41,318 nucleotides of DNA from a virus (Duplodnaviria > Caudoviricetes): the IMG/VR virus record IMGVR_UViG_3300020045_003089, positions 1 to 41,318 of that record. One strand, written 5' to 3'. A program made the translations under genes and the position numbers. Shown here in pieces: positions 1-7,854 of the stretch; positions within the stretch are counted from its first letter, which is position 1, and each line of letters opens with the position of its first letter. Below the pieces are notes generated by a model. That model ran no database searches, was not told the origin of the DNA, and was given only the letters and a program-made list of their open reading frames with translations.

Positions 1-121
1 TAGAACTGAGAATAATCTAAAAGGCTGGGACGGTGGAAGAAGAAGGAGAGAGGTATTAAAGCTCATCCACTTTAAAAATAGAATTATCCACAGATAAGGT
101 ACTGTTTAACAAAAGAATATA
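1..121. repeat. Terminal direct repeat, copy 1 (circular-assembly overlap)
   Basis: 1-121 is identical to 41198-41318; ORF 40968..41294 reads through it. Confidence 0.97.
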
Positions 122-128
122 GTATAAT
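84..128 (+). promoter_or_regulatory. Putative promoter of the replication operon with upstream DnaA box
   Basis: Perfect TTATCCACA at 84-92; TATAAT at 123-128. Confidence 0.65.
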
Positions 129-138
129 AGGTGTATTA

Positions 139-233
139 GAGGGAAGCCTCGGGTGAGTATAAAAGGACATTCAAAGACACAGGGAGTGTCCTGAAATACC
201 GCAAGGTCTTTTCGGTACTCACCCTGTGTTTTT
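139..233 (+). ncRNA. Structured 5' leader (three-way junction plus pseudoknot) upstream of the initiator gene
   Basis: Pairings 139-142/147-150, 151-160/215-224, 164-172/184-192, 198-200/205-207 with GCAA tetraloop; loop 173-181 complementary to 225-233. Confidence 0.6.
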
Positions 234-238
234 ATTTT

Positions 239-994
239 ATGGAGAAAGAACTATCTATAGAAAAACCAGATGAATTAAATAAAGTAACGGAAATACTTGG
301 TTTTTTAGCCGAGCATAATATATTCGGGGTAGAGCAACTCGAGGAATTACTAGAGCCTACATTTTTCGCAATAATCCCCTTAGAGATACTTGAAGATATA
401 AATCTTTCAGCTAATTCTAAGTTACTCTATGCGGAGATTTGTGCATTATCTAGGCGTTCTGGAAAGTGTTTTGCGACTAATGAGTATATCGCTAAAAGAC
501 TGGGATTATCTAAAAGAACCATACCAACTCTACTTAAAGAATTAAAAGAAAGAGAATTAATAAGTGTGCATATAAAAGCACATAGTGGGGGGACGTTCAG
601 AGACATTAGGGTATCGTTTAATAACGATGGGGGGGGTCGTCAAAGAGCGAGGGGGGGCATCGCTAAAGAGCGAGGACATAATAGAAATAGACAAAGAGAA
701 ATTGACAATAAGATTAATACTAGCGACTCCGTCGCAAAAGTAATGAAAGTATTCGAGCAAGTAAATCCATCCATTAAGAGGATGTATGGAAATATTACAC
801 AGAGGAAGTCGGCGGATAACCTCATAAGTCGATTTGGAGTGGATAATGTGTTAAAGGCCGCTCAAGTTGCAGTCAACCTCCTTGAAGTAAAATATTCCCC
901 AAAAATAACTACGCCCTACCAGTTAGAGACTAAATGGGCTGAATTGGTCGCATTTGTTAAACAAAATAAACCTAGAAACCAAGTGATTTTATGA
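239..994 (+). CDS. Phage replication initiator (HTH_36-like winged helix, lambda-O-like layout)
   Basis: FAIIP..ILED.NLSANSKLLYAEI..L....GKCFATNEYIAKRLGLSKRTI..LLKELKE pattern; repeat-containing linker; helical C-domain. Confidence 0.85.
   Translation: MEKELSIEKPDELNKVTEILGFLAEHNIFGVEQLEELLEPTFFAIIPLEILEDINLSANSKLLYAEICALSRRSGKCFATNEYIAKRLGLSKRTIPTLLKELKERELISVHIKAHSGGTFRDIRVSFNNDGGGRQRARGGIAKERGHNRNRQREIDNKINTSDSVAKVMKVFEQVNPSIKRMYGNITQRKSADNLISRFGVDNVLKAAQVAVNLLEVKYSPKITTPYQLETKWAELVAFVKQNKPRNQVIL
621..675 (+). repeat. Putative iterons/origin inside the initiator gene
   Basis: AAAGAGCGAGG at 642-652 and 665-675 (23-bp period) with G-runs, followed by an A-rich stretch. Confidence 0.5.
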
Positions 995-1239
995 AAGAAA
1001 AAGTATACGCTATCGATATTATGGGCGAAAGTCTACCGACTTATGTTCTCCAGCCCGACGTAGTGAAGTTAGTCAAATCAATAAATATGGGTGTTAAACT
1101 TGTTCTTGTTGGGCAGACATTTATAAATCCATCCTCCATTAAAAGAATCCGTAGAGCCTACAACGTAGATGAAAATTCGGTAGATATCCCAGATCCAGAA
1201 CTACTCACCTTATTAGACGATAAAAAGAGACTAACTTAA
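991..1239 (+). CDS. Hypothetical protein coupled to the initiator
   Basis: ATGA overlap with the initiator stop; 82 aa. Confidence 0.75.
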   Translation: MKEKVYAIDIMGESLPTYVLQPDVVKLVKSINMGVKLVLVGQTFINPSSIKRIRRAYNVDENSVDIPDPELLTLLDDKKRLT

Positions 1240-1294
1240 GAGATGCTAAATTAAAAGAGATATGAAACTAACAAATAATTAAATAAAAGATACT

Positions 1295-1744
1295 ATGGAA
1301 AAGAAACCCCCCACAGAAATTTTAATAGATAGATTAAAAGACGATATTGATGAAAATTTAAGATTAACAAGTAGACCTATTTTTAATCCTATGACCCAAA
1401 ACACCACCAGTAGAGAGGAGAGGTTTGAGAAAGAATTTAACAGTAAATTTGGTTTTGGAATATGGGATAGCCGAGCTACTGATAAAGAGACAATGTTAAG
1501 AACACACAGAGACGAGGGTATATTTAGTAGTGATGTTTTAGAACATAGTAAATCCTTTTTTCGCAAAGAGATCAACTCTCTCCTAGATGAACTACTCTCG
1601 GAGGTGGAGGGTATGCGAAAAAAAGAATTGTGGCTATCAAGGACATATTATCCAGAGGAATTAGTAAATAGAAATGTTGCCCCGATTTATAACACCGCCC
1701 TGGAAGACGTCAGAGCCATTATCAATAATAAGAAACTAAAATGA
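1295..1744 (+). CDS. Hypothetical phage protein
   Basis: 149-aa ORF, AT-rich leader, ATGA overlap with the next ORF. Confidence 0.7.
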   Translation: MEKKPPTEILIDRLKDDIDENLRLTSRPIFNPMTQNTTSREERFEKEFNSKFGFGIWDSRATDKETMLRTHRDEGIFSSDVLEHSKSFFRKEINSLLDELLSEVEGMRKKELWLSRTYYPEELVNRNVAPIYNTALEDVRAIINNKKLK

Positions 1745-1878
1745 ATGAATTAAAAAAAATAAGAGAAGAACAACCAGTATTATTCTGGTTCACGACACTT
1801 CTAACCTTAATAGCCATGCCTCCATTAGGACTATGGGCTGTATTATTAAGTGGGGGTCTTGAAAATCCATTTGAATAA
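1741..1878 (+). CDS. Small membrane protein (45 aa, not in ORF track)
   Basis: MNELKKIREEQPVLFWFTTLLTLIAMPPLGLWAVLLSGGLENPFE; ATGA-coupled; hydrophobic core. Confidence 0.6.
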   Translation: MNELKKIREEQPVLFWFTTLLTLIAMPPLGLWAVLLSGGLENPFE

Positions 1879-1887
1879 AACCAACTG

Positions 1888-2199
1888 ATGAAACCACTTT
1901 TAGAAAAAGAAATTCAAAAACTGATACTAGATTACTTGAAGGCTAAAAAGATATTCCATTGGCGTAACAACACAGGGGCCTTTAAAAGAGATAACCACTT
2001 TTATAGATTCGGTGATAACGGAAGCCCAGATATATTCCTAGTTATTAAAGGTCAGATATACGGGGTAGAGGTTAAGAACGAAAAAGGTAAACAGAGTGAG
2101 TATCAAAAAGAATGGCAAGAAGAATTTGAAAAGGCTGGGGGTGTATATTTATTGGTCAGATCGTTAGAGGAACTACTAGAAAACTTATCAACAAATTAG
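1888..2199 (+). CDS. VRR-NUC domain nuclease (PD-(D/E)XK, resolvase-like)
   Basis: EKEIQ..ILDYL, RNNTG, GSPDI, EVK..KGKQS..QKEW motifs. Confidence 0.92.
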   Translation: MKPLLEKEIQKLILDYLKAKKIFHWRNNTGAFKRDNHFYRFGDNGSPDIFLVIKGQIYGVEVKNEKGKQSEYQKEWQEEFEKAGGVYLLVRSLEELLENLSTN

Positions 2200-2237
2200 G
2201 TATTGAATATGTAGTACAATCGTGATACACTATACTC
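2185..2237 (+). promoter_or_regulatory. Sigma70-type promoter giving a leaderless transcript, with DnaA-box variant
   Basis: TTATCAACA 2185-2193; TTGAAT 2203-2208, 17 bp, TG-a-TACACT 2226-2231; ATG at 2238. Confidence 0.6.
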
Positions 2238-2417
2238 ATGAAAAAAGAAAAGAACCTAAATATAAGATTAGATAAAGAACAAAGAAAATGGCTAGAACAA
2301 AAGGCTAAGAAGGGTCGAGTATCTATTGGAGCTTATGTGAGGTTTCTAATAGAGGTAGATATGACTGAGGCTTTATTGCAAGATGAGAAGAGATTAGAAG
2401 ACCTAGAAAAAAGATAG
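2238..2417 (+). CDS. Ribbon-helix-helix (Arc/CopG-like) regulator (59 aa, not in ORF track)
   Basis: MKKEKNLNIRLDKEQRKWLEQKAKKGRVSIGAYVRFLIE: alternating beta-strand, helix, G-x-S turn, helix. Confidence 0.8.
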   Translation: MKKEKNLNIRLDKEQRKWLEQKAKKGRVSIGAYVRFLIEVDMTEALLQDEKRLEDLEKR

Positions 2418-2455
2418 CTTATATAAAAATGAATTCAATACTTATAATAATATTT

Positions 2456-2574
2456 GGACTTACCGTGATATCTCTAGGACGGGGTAAAGCGTCCGAAGTG
2501 GATGGGCCACCTAACACTGCGACATTAATTTTTTTGACAGGATTAATAATTGTTGCAATTGGTATGGCCAGTCT
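2456..2574 (+). ncRNA. Putative structured intergenic RNA (two long imperfect hairpins)
   Basis: TGGAC-TTACC-GT..AC-GG-GGTAA..GTCCG stem; GGCCA..TGCGACA-TTAATTTT / GGATTAA..TGTTGCA..TGGCC stem, rich in G-U pairs; TATAAT just upstream (~2443). Confidence 0.4.
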
Positions 2575-2591
2575 AACCCATAAATAATACT

Positions 2592-3269
2592 ATGTCAGAC
2601 ACAAATAAAAATTCAATAAACTGCGACTCCTGCGACTCCTGCGACTCCTGCGACTCCTGCGACTACTGCGACTCCTGCTACTACTGCGACTCCTGCGACT
2701 CCTGCGACTCCTGCGACTCCTGCGACTACTGCGACTACTGCGACTCCTGCGACTCCTGCTACTCCTGCGACTCCTGCGACTCCTGCGACTACTGCGACTC
2801 CTGCTACTCCTCAAAAGGACTCCGAATGTCAGAGTATATGCTCTTTTGTCTAGGCGAGGGGAAATATGAGTCAAAAGGTGAAGGCTATCAAAAGAACTAT
2901 CGAGTATTCAACCAGCAACTCACTAAAGAAGAATGGGAAAAGGTCAAACTAGAATTACCTGTTATTAAAATCCCTCTCACAAAATGGGTAGATAAGAAAG
3001 ATATGACCGCCGACGAGAAAGAAGATCACAATGTATGGAAAGAAATTGGAGGCTATCTAAAGACAAACTCTTATGAGGATGCCTGGGCTATCTGGTGGAG
3101 CGAAGCCAAGCAGGAGGATAAGGATAAAATCTTGAATTGTAAATATTTCGATGCCAAGATTTTCACCGAAATTACGGGGATTAAGGACTTTAAGACCAAA
3201 GTTAGTTTAAGTGGGAAAACTGTAAAAGTTGAGCTTGATGGCAAGACTTACGAAGCTGTAATAAAATAA
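2592..3269 (+). CDS. Cys-x-x tripeptide-repeat protein with conserved phage C-terminal domain
   Basis: 21 C-[D/Y]-[S/Y] units, then GGYLKT..YEDAWAIWW...FDAKIFTEITGI domain. Confidence 0.85.
   Translation: MSDTNKNSINCDSCDSCDSCDSCDYCDSCYYCDSCDSCDSCDSCDYCDYCDSCDSCYSCDSCDSCDYCDSCYSSKGLRMSEYMLFCLGEGKYESKGEGYQKNYRVFNQQLTKEEWEKVKLELPVIKIPLTKWVDKKDMTADEKEDHNVWKEIGGYLKTNSYEDAWAIWWSEAKQEDKDKILNCKYFDAKIFTEITGIKDFKTKVSLSGKTVKVELDGKTYEAVIK
2622..2810 (+). repeat. 9-bp tandem repeat, 21 units of TGC-(G/T)AC-T(C/A)C
   Basis: Seen directly; consensus TGCGACTCC. Confidence 0.97.
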
Positions 3270-3274
3270 ATAAG

Positions 3275-3460
3275 ATGAAAAACTTTTTAATAGGGTTATT
3301 TATCGGATTAGGCATAGGCGTGGTTTCCATATTCGCTCAGGTCTTCGAGAAGCTTATGTGGTCGTATGTAACCCAACAGCGTGCTGAGGCTGTAATAAAT
3401 CACGGTGAGTACCTATGTAAAATTCACCCCGAAGGATATCAAACTAACTGTTCTAATTAA
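3275..3460 (+). CDS. Small protein with N-terminal TM/signal segment
   Basis: MKNFLIGLFIGLGIGVVSIFA. Confidence 0.7.
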   Translation: MKNFLIGLFIGLGIGVVSIFAQVFEKLMWSYVTQQRAEAVINHGEYLCKIHPEGYQTNCSN

Positions 3461-3477
3461 TACCCTAACAAAATAAT

Positions 3478-3696
3478 ATGACAAAACAACAAATAATAGA
3501 AAACTTAATACAAACACTAAACGAATCTGATCCGTATCGAGATGGATGGGAACATCATAAAATATTAACAAGTGTGACTATGCGAGTGTTAGCCTCATTG
3601 GGATATGACCTAGAGAGTCTAAAAGACCGTCCACTAGATCACATGGGGGCCGTAAGTCTGGTTTGTCAGCGGGCCCCCGCCATTTTAATAATTTAA
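3478..3696 (+). CDS. Hypothetical protein
   Basis: 72-aa ORF with A-rich leader. Confidence 0.6.
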   Translation: MTKQQIIENLIQTLNESDPYRDGWEHHKILTSVTMRVLASLGYDLESLKDRPLDHMGAVSLVCQRAPAILII

Positions 3697-3758
3697 GTTG
3701 TCCACTTTATTTCACATAGATTTAATGCTATTATTCATATAAATATTCCTCAAATCTC

Positions 3759-4568
3759 ATGGAAAAAATAAAAATAGGTATACTCTGTATTTGTCTAAAT
3801 GAACCTTACTGGTCTTTTGCTAATGAGATGCTATGGGGGTTAAATACATTTTTTCTAAAAAAATACCCAATAAAAGATAAGTATTCTATTGAATTCCTAT
3901 TATGGTCGGACATGCCGATAGAGAGCTTCCCTATAGGTAAAGTTTTCCCAACAGAACCAATTGAGTGGCCCATGCCAACTTTAATGAGATACCACCTCTT
4001 TCTTCAACAGGAGGAATTACTAAAAGATTTTGATTATTTATTTTATATTGATGTAGATATGAGGATAACAGATTGGATCGGGGAGGAGATACTATGTGAT
4101 GGACTAACCGCCGCACAACACCCTATGTATGCGTTAAGGCCACAATACCAACCTCCATATGAGCCAAATCCTAATTCTAAAGCCTATATCCCACGACCAG
4201 GAAGAATAGTTGAAGAAAATGGCAAAAGAAGTTTTGACCAACTTTACTATGCAGGTGGATTTCAAGGAGGTAAAACCGAGGATTTTATTAAGGCTATGAA
4301 AGTTATGAGAAAGAATATAGATGATGATTTTAATATGAATTATATTGCTAGATGGAATGACGAATCCCATTGGAATAGATATCTTTTTGATGTCCCACCT
4401 AAAACAGTATTGAGCCCCTCGTATATCTACCCCGACTCTCTGATAGCTGAATATTATGTAAAGATATGGGGTAAAAATTACTCACCTAAAATAATGACCT
4501 TAACTAAGAAATTCACTACAAATACTGAGGACGGAACAAAAATTAGAGAACAATTAATGACAATGTAA
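3759..4568 (+). CDS. Glycosyltransferase family 6 (ABO/alpha-1,3-Gal(NAc) transferase-like)
   Basis: WPMPTLMRYH, DYLFYIDVDM (DXD), YYAGGFQGG, ARWNDESHWNRY, LSPSY.YP. Confidence 0.93.
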   Translation: MEKIKIGILCICLNEPYWSFANEMLWGLNTFFLKKYPIKDKYSIEFLLWSDMPIESFPIGKVFPTEPIEWPMPTLMRYHLFLQQEELLKDFDYLFYIDVDMRITDWIGEEILCDGLTAAQHPMYALRPQYQPPYEPNPNSKAYIPRPGRIVEENGKRSFDQLYYAGGFQGGKTEDFIKAMKVMRKNIDDDFNMNYIARWNDESHWNRYLFDVPPKTVLSPSYIYPDSLIAEYYVKIWGKNYSPKIMTLTKKFTTNTEDGTKIREQLMTM

Positions 4569-5251
4569 TGATAAACCCACGTATAACAGTCGGTATCCCC
4601 TGTTACGATCAAGCACAGTATCTAGTAGATGCGATCGACTCTGTTTTAACTCAGACCGTGGGGCCTCATGAGATTATAGTCTGTAACGATGGTAGCCCAG
4701 ACAATACTAAGGATATTATCAAAAATTACCCACAGGTTAAGTATATTGAGCAAGTTAATAAAGGGTTAGCATCGGCTCGTAATAGTATAATCATGAATAT
4801 GACTGGGGATTACCTACTCCCTCTTGATTCAGATGATATGATGATGGAAAATTGCATAGAAAAAATAACTGAAGTTATCGAGAAAACCAATGCTGATATA
4901 GTTGCACCGTCCTTTAAGTGCTTTGGCAAGCATACGGATCAAGTTATATTGATGCCAAATCCTAGATTAGAAGATTTTAAATCTGGTAATAGGATAGGTT
5001 ATTTTTCAGCAATTAAAAAGGAAGTGCTCCTGGAGGTCGGAGGGTATAATCCCAAGATGATCTGGGGATGGGAAGATTATGATCTTTGGTTCGATCTACT
5101 AAAGAGAAGTAAGGAAATAATTACAATTCCCGAAGTGCTTATGCTTTATAGAACAAAAGAGCGTTCAATGATAAATGTAGCCAATGAGCACGGAGATGAA
5201 TTGTGGCAACAAATTCATAAGAATCATCCTGATGTCTTTACTCAAAAGTAA
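4568..5251 (+). CDS. Glycosyltransferase family 2 (GT-A)
   Basis: IPCYDQ, NDGSPD, NKGLASARN, PLDSDD, GGY...WEDYDLW. Confidence 0.93.
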   Translation: MINPRITVGIPCYDQAQYLVDAIDSVLTQTVGPHEIIVCNDGSPDNTKDIIKNYPQVKYIEQVNKGLASARNSIIMNMTGDYLLPLDSDDMMMENCIEKITEVIEKTNADIVAPSFKCFGKHTDQVILMPNPRLEDFKSGNRIGYFSAIKKEVLLEVGGYNPKMIWGWEDYDLWFDLLKRSKEIITIPEVLMLYRTKERSMINVANEHGDELWQQIHKNHPDVFTQK

Positions 5252-5747
5252 ATTTGCAAAAATCAGACTTAGGGATAATAAGGGTTTATTTGTTAATGTT
5301 ACCAAGAAACAAACTCCAGAAGAGTTAAAAGAATATAGAAGCAAATATTATTATTTAAATAAAGAAAGAATTAATAAAATGGCTTTAGAATGGGGAAGAA
5401 GAAATAAGGATAAAAGAAGAATTTCTAAAGACAAGTGGCGGGCCAAAAATCAAGAATTAACTAATTTTTATAGTAGAAATTACCATTACAGAAAAAAGTT
5501 ATCCACTGGACGGCACACTTTAAATGATATAAGATTACTTTATACAAGGTTTCCGATTTGCCCCTACTGTAATTCTAAAAAATCCAATACAATTGACCAT
5601 GTAATCCCATTAAGCAGGGGTGGAGCAAATGATATATTTAATTTAGTTGCTGTTTGTGTAAGCTGTAACTCTAAAAAGAAAGATAAAACATTATGGGAAT
5701 TCTATCCAATTTTAGCAATGATGTGGGACAGAATTAATCGTTTTTAA
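5232..5747 (+). CDS. HNH endonuclease inserted in the glycan cluster (start probably 5232 rather than 5184)
   Basis: CPYC..TIDHVIPLSRGGANDIFNLVAVCVSCNSKK; basic helical N-terminus. Confidence 0.9.
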   Translation: MSLLKSKFAKIRLRDNKGLFVNVTKKQTPEELKEYRSKYYYLNKERINKMALEWGRRNKDKRRISKDKWRAKNQELTNFYSRNYHYRKKLSTGRHTLNDIRLLYTRFPICPYCNSKKSNTIDHVIPLSRGGANDIFNLVAVCVSCNSKKKDKTLWEFYPILAMMWDRINRF

Positions 5748-6325
5748 TGCAAAATCCCGACATAATATTTGGCCGTCTCGGCAATCGCATGTTTCAAGGT
5801 GCTTTTCTATATGCTGAGTCTAAGCGTAGAGGCACGGATTTCTATTTTCAAGATCCAGTCTATTTTAAGGATTACGAAGATGACATTAAAAAACTCTTTG
5901 GTGATGGTATAGGCTATCTTTCTCAAGTGGGTATCCATATTCGTAGAGCTTCAAATCCTATTAATCCTCAAGAACCTAAATACTCAGAGAACCCTTTTTA
6001 TGTAAATCTAAGTGACACTGACTATTACGAACGAGCGATGGCAATGTTTCCAGGTGAAAAGTTTTTAGTATTTTCCGATGACCCAGAATGGTGCAAAGAG
6101 AAGTTCAAAGATAACCCCGATGTTCAGGTTATGGAAAAGGGTAACGAGATAGAAGATTTTAACTTATTAGCAAGCTGTAAGGATTTAATAATCGCAAATA
6201 GTAGTTATTCTTGGTGGGCCGCCTTCCTTTGTCCGAATGAATCTAAAAGAATAATAGCCCCGAAAAATTGGTATACAGACAAAAAAGAAAGAACTAAAAT
6301 CCCAAAATCATGGATACAAATTTAA
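5747..6325 (+). CDS. Glycosyltransferase family 11 (alpha-1,2-fucosyltransferase-like)
   Basis: GRLGNRMFQ, HIRR, YYERA, FSDDPEWC, IIANSSYSWWAA. Confidence 0.92.
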   Translation: MQNPDIIFGRLGNRMFQGAFLYAESKRRGTDFYFQDPVYFKDYEDDIKKLFGDGIGYLSQVGIHIRRASNPINPQEPKYSENPFYVNLSDTDYYERAMAMFPGEKFLVFSDDPEWCKEKFKDNPDVQVMEKGNEIEDFNLLASCKDLIIANSSYSWWAAFLCPNESKRIIAPKNWYTDKKERTKIPKSWIQI

Positions 6326-7233
6326 AATGTTTAGTCTTAGGTAGTTCAGGCTTTATAGGCTCAAATTTAGTCAAAAGGCTTAAAGGGGAAGGGCACTTTG
6401 TCGTAGGAGCAGACATTGAAAAGCCTAAGTATTCAGTAGGGGACTCTTTTATGGTGGGTGATTTAAAAGACCCTAAGTTTTGCAATGAAGTATTTAATCA
6501 ACCTTTCGATAGAGTTTATCAGTTGGCGGCTGACATGGGTGGTGCGGGCTTTATATTTACTGGCGAAAACGACGCTGAGGTAATGCATAATTCTGCTTTA
6601 ATAAATTTAAATGTTGCAGATTGGGCGAGTCGGACAGGAGTAAAAAAACTGTTCTTCTCCTCATCTGTGTGTGCTTACTCAATTGAACAAGTTAAACAAA
6701 AAATCAAAGAAGAAGACATCTACCCCGCCAACCCAGATTCAAATTATGGGTGGGAAAAAATATTCTCGGAAAGACTTTATGAAGCATATGCTAAAAACAA
6801 GGGTCTTAACATTAGAATTGCGAGATTTAATAACTGTTTTGGCCCTTTTTGCACCTGGGATGGTGGACGAGAAAAATCACCTGCTGCGATTGCTAGGAAA
6901 TCTCTCACGCAAGACCCAATAGAAATTTGGGGTGATGGTAAGCAAGTCAGAGAGTTTATATACATAGATGATCTCCTGGATGCTATTGAAATAATAATGC
7001 AGAACCCCTATACGGGTCCGATAAATATAGGTCCAGATGAATCCTATACTATAGATGAGCTAGTAAGGATGGTCACCGATAAAGAGATAAAACATATAGA
7101 TGGACCAGTAGGACTTCAAGTTAGACTTACAGATAATACTAAAATTAAATCTCTTGGCTGGGTTCCTAAAGTCTCAGTTAAGGACGGAATGAATGAATTA
7201 AAAGAATGGATAAAAACACAAATCCCAAAATAA
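6310..7233 (+). CDS. NAD-dependent epimerase, GDP-mannose 3,5-epimerase-like
   Basis: GSSGFIG, VYQLAADMGGAGFI, YGWEK, GGREKSPAA, IWGDGKQ.REFIYIDD. Confidence 0.88.
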   Translation: MDTNLKCLVLGSSGFIGSNLVKRLKGEGHFVVGADIEKPKYSVGDSFMVGDLKDPKFCNEVFNQPFDRVYQLAADMGGAGFIFTGENDAEVMHNSALINLNVADWASRTGVKKLFFSSSVCAYSIEQVKQKIKEEDIYPANPDSNYGWEKIFSERLYEAYAKNKGLNIRIARFNNCFGPFCTWDGGREKSPAAIARKSLTQDPIEIWGDGKQVREFIYIDDLLDAIEIIMQNPYTGPINIGPDESYTIDELVRMVTDKEIKHIDGPVGLQVRLTDNTKIKSLGWVPKVSVKDGMNELKEWIKTQIPK

Positions 7234-7236
7234 GTT

Positions 7237-7854
7237 ATGAAAAATAACCCACGTTTGAGCATCGCTATCCCAGTATATGATATGAAATTCTCAGCCTCTT
7301 TCATTAAGAGATTAATGCAATCTTTAGAGATGCAAACATTTCAAGACTTTGAAATAATTATTACATCAGACGGGAAGATGGCAGAAAACACTAATAGTGC
7401 TATTAAAAAATGTAAAGGAGAAATTATTAAAATAATGTTTATGGATGACTACTTAGCCCATAAGGATTCCCTAAAAAATATAGTGGATGGTTTTAAAGGG
7501 GGCTGGCTCGCGACAGGATGTTTACATAACCCAAATGGAGGCGAGGAACTATTTAATCCGCATCCACCTAGCTTCCATGGGATATTTGATAATCAGAATA
7601 CTATTGGCTCACCATCCGTAATAGCTTTTGAGAATAAGGACCCCTTATTATTTGACGAGAATATGAGCTGGGTATTAGATATCGATTATTATAGAAGACT
7701 ATACGATAGATATGGAGCCCCGACCTTATTAGATACTATGGACGTAGTTATCGGGGTTGGTGAGCATCAGGCCACACATATCTTAACCGACGAGTATAAA
7801 TCATCAGAACATAATTATTTAAATAAAAAATATGAAAACAATACCAGTCTGTAA
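7237..7854 (+). CDS. Glycosyltransferase family 2-like (compact)
   Basis: SIAIPVY, QTFQDFEIII, NTNSAIKKCKGEIIKIMFMDDY, IGSPSV, FDENM.WVLD. Confidence 0.85.
   Translation: MKNNPRLSIAIPVYDMKFSASFIKRLMQSLEMQTFQDFEIIITSDGKMAENTNSAIKKCKGEIIKIMFMDDYLAHKDSLKNIVDGFKGGWLATGCLHNPNGGEELFNPHPPSFHGIFDNQNTIGSPSVIAFENKDPLLFDENMSWVLDIDYYRRLYDRYGAPTLLDTMDVVIGVGEHQATHILTDEYKSSEHNYLNKKYENNTSL

Noticed and set aside
1-121. Biological terminal repeat of the virion DNA
   Set aside because: Exact 121-nt overlap cutting through an ORF is typical of assembler k-mer circularisation; real ends cannot be inferred
151-233. Hammerhead ribozyme
   Set aside because: Three-stem junction is present but the CUGANGA and GAAA core segments are not in the required positions
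2622-2810. CRISPR array or DGR variable region
   Set aside because: Contiguous 9-bp units with no spacers, in frame within a CDS; no cas or reverse transcriptase gene, and no template-repeat copy seen
2590-2874. Arg/Ser-rich - strand ORF (protamine-like)
   Set aside because: Antisense shadow of the Cys repeat; the + frame continues into a recognisable domain
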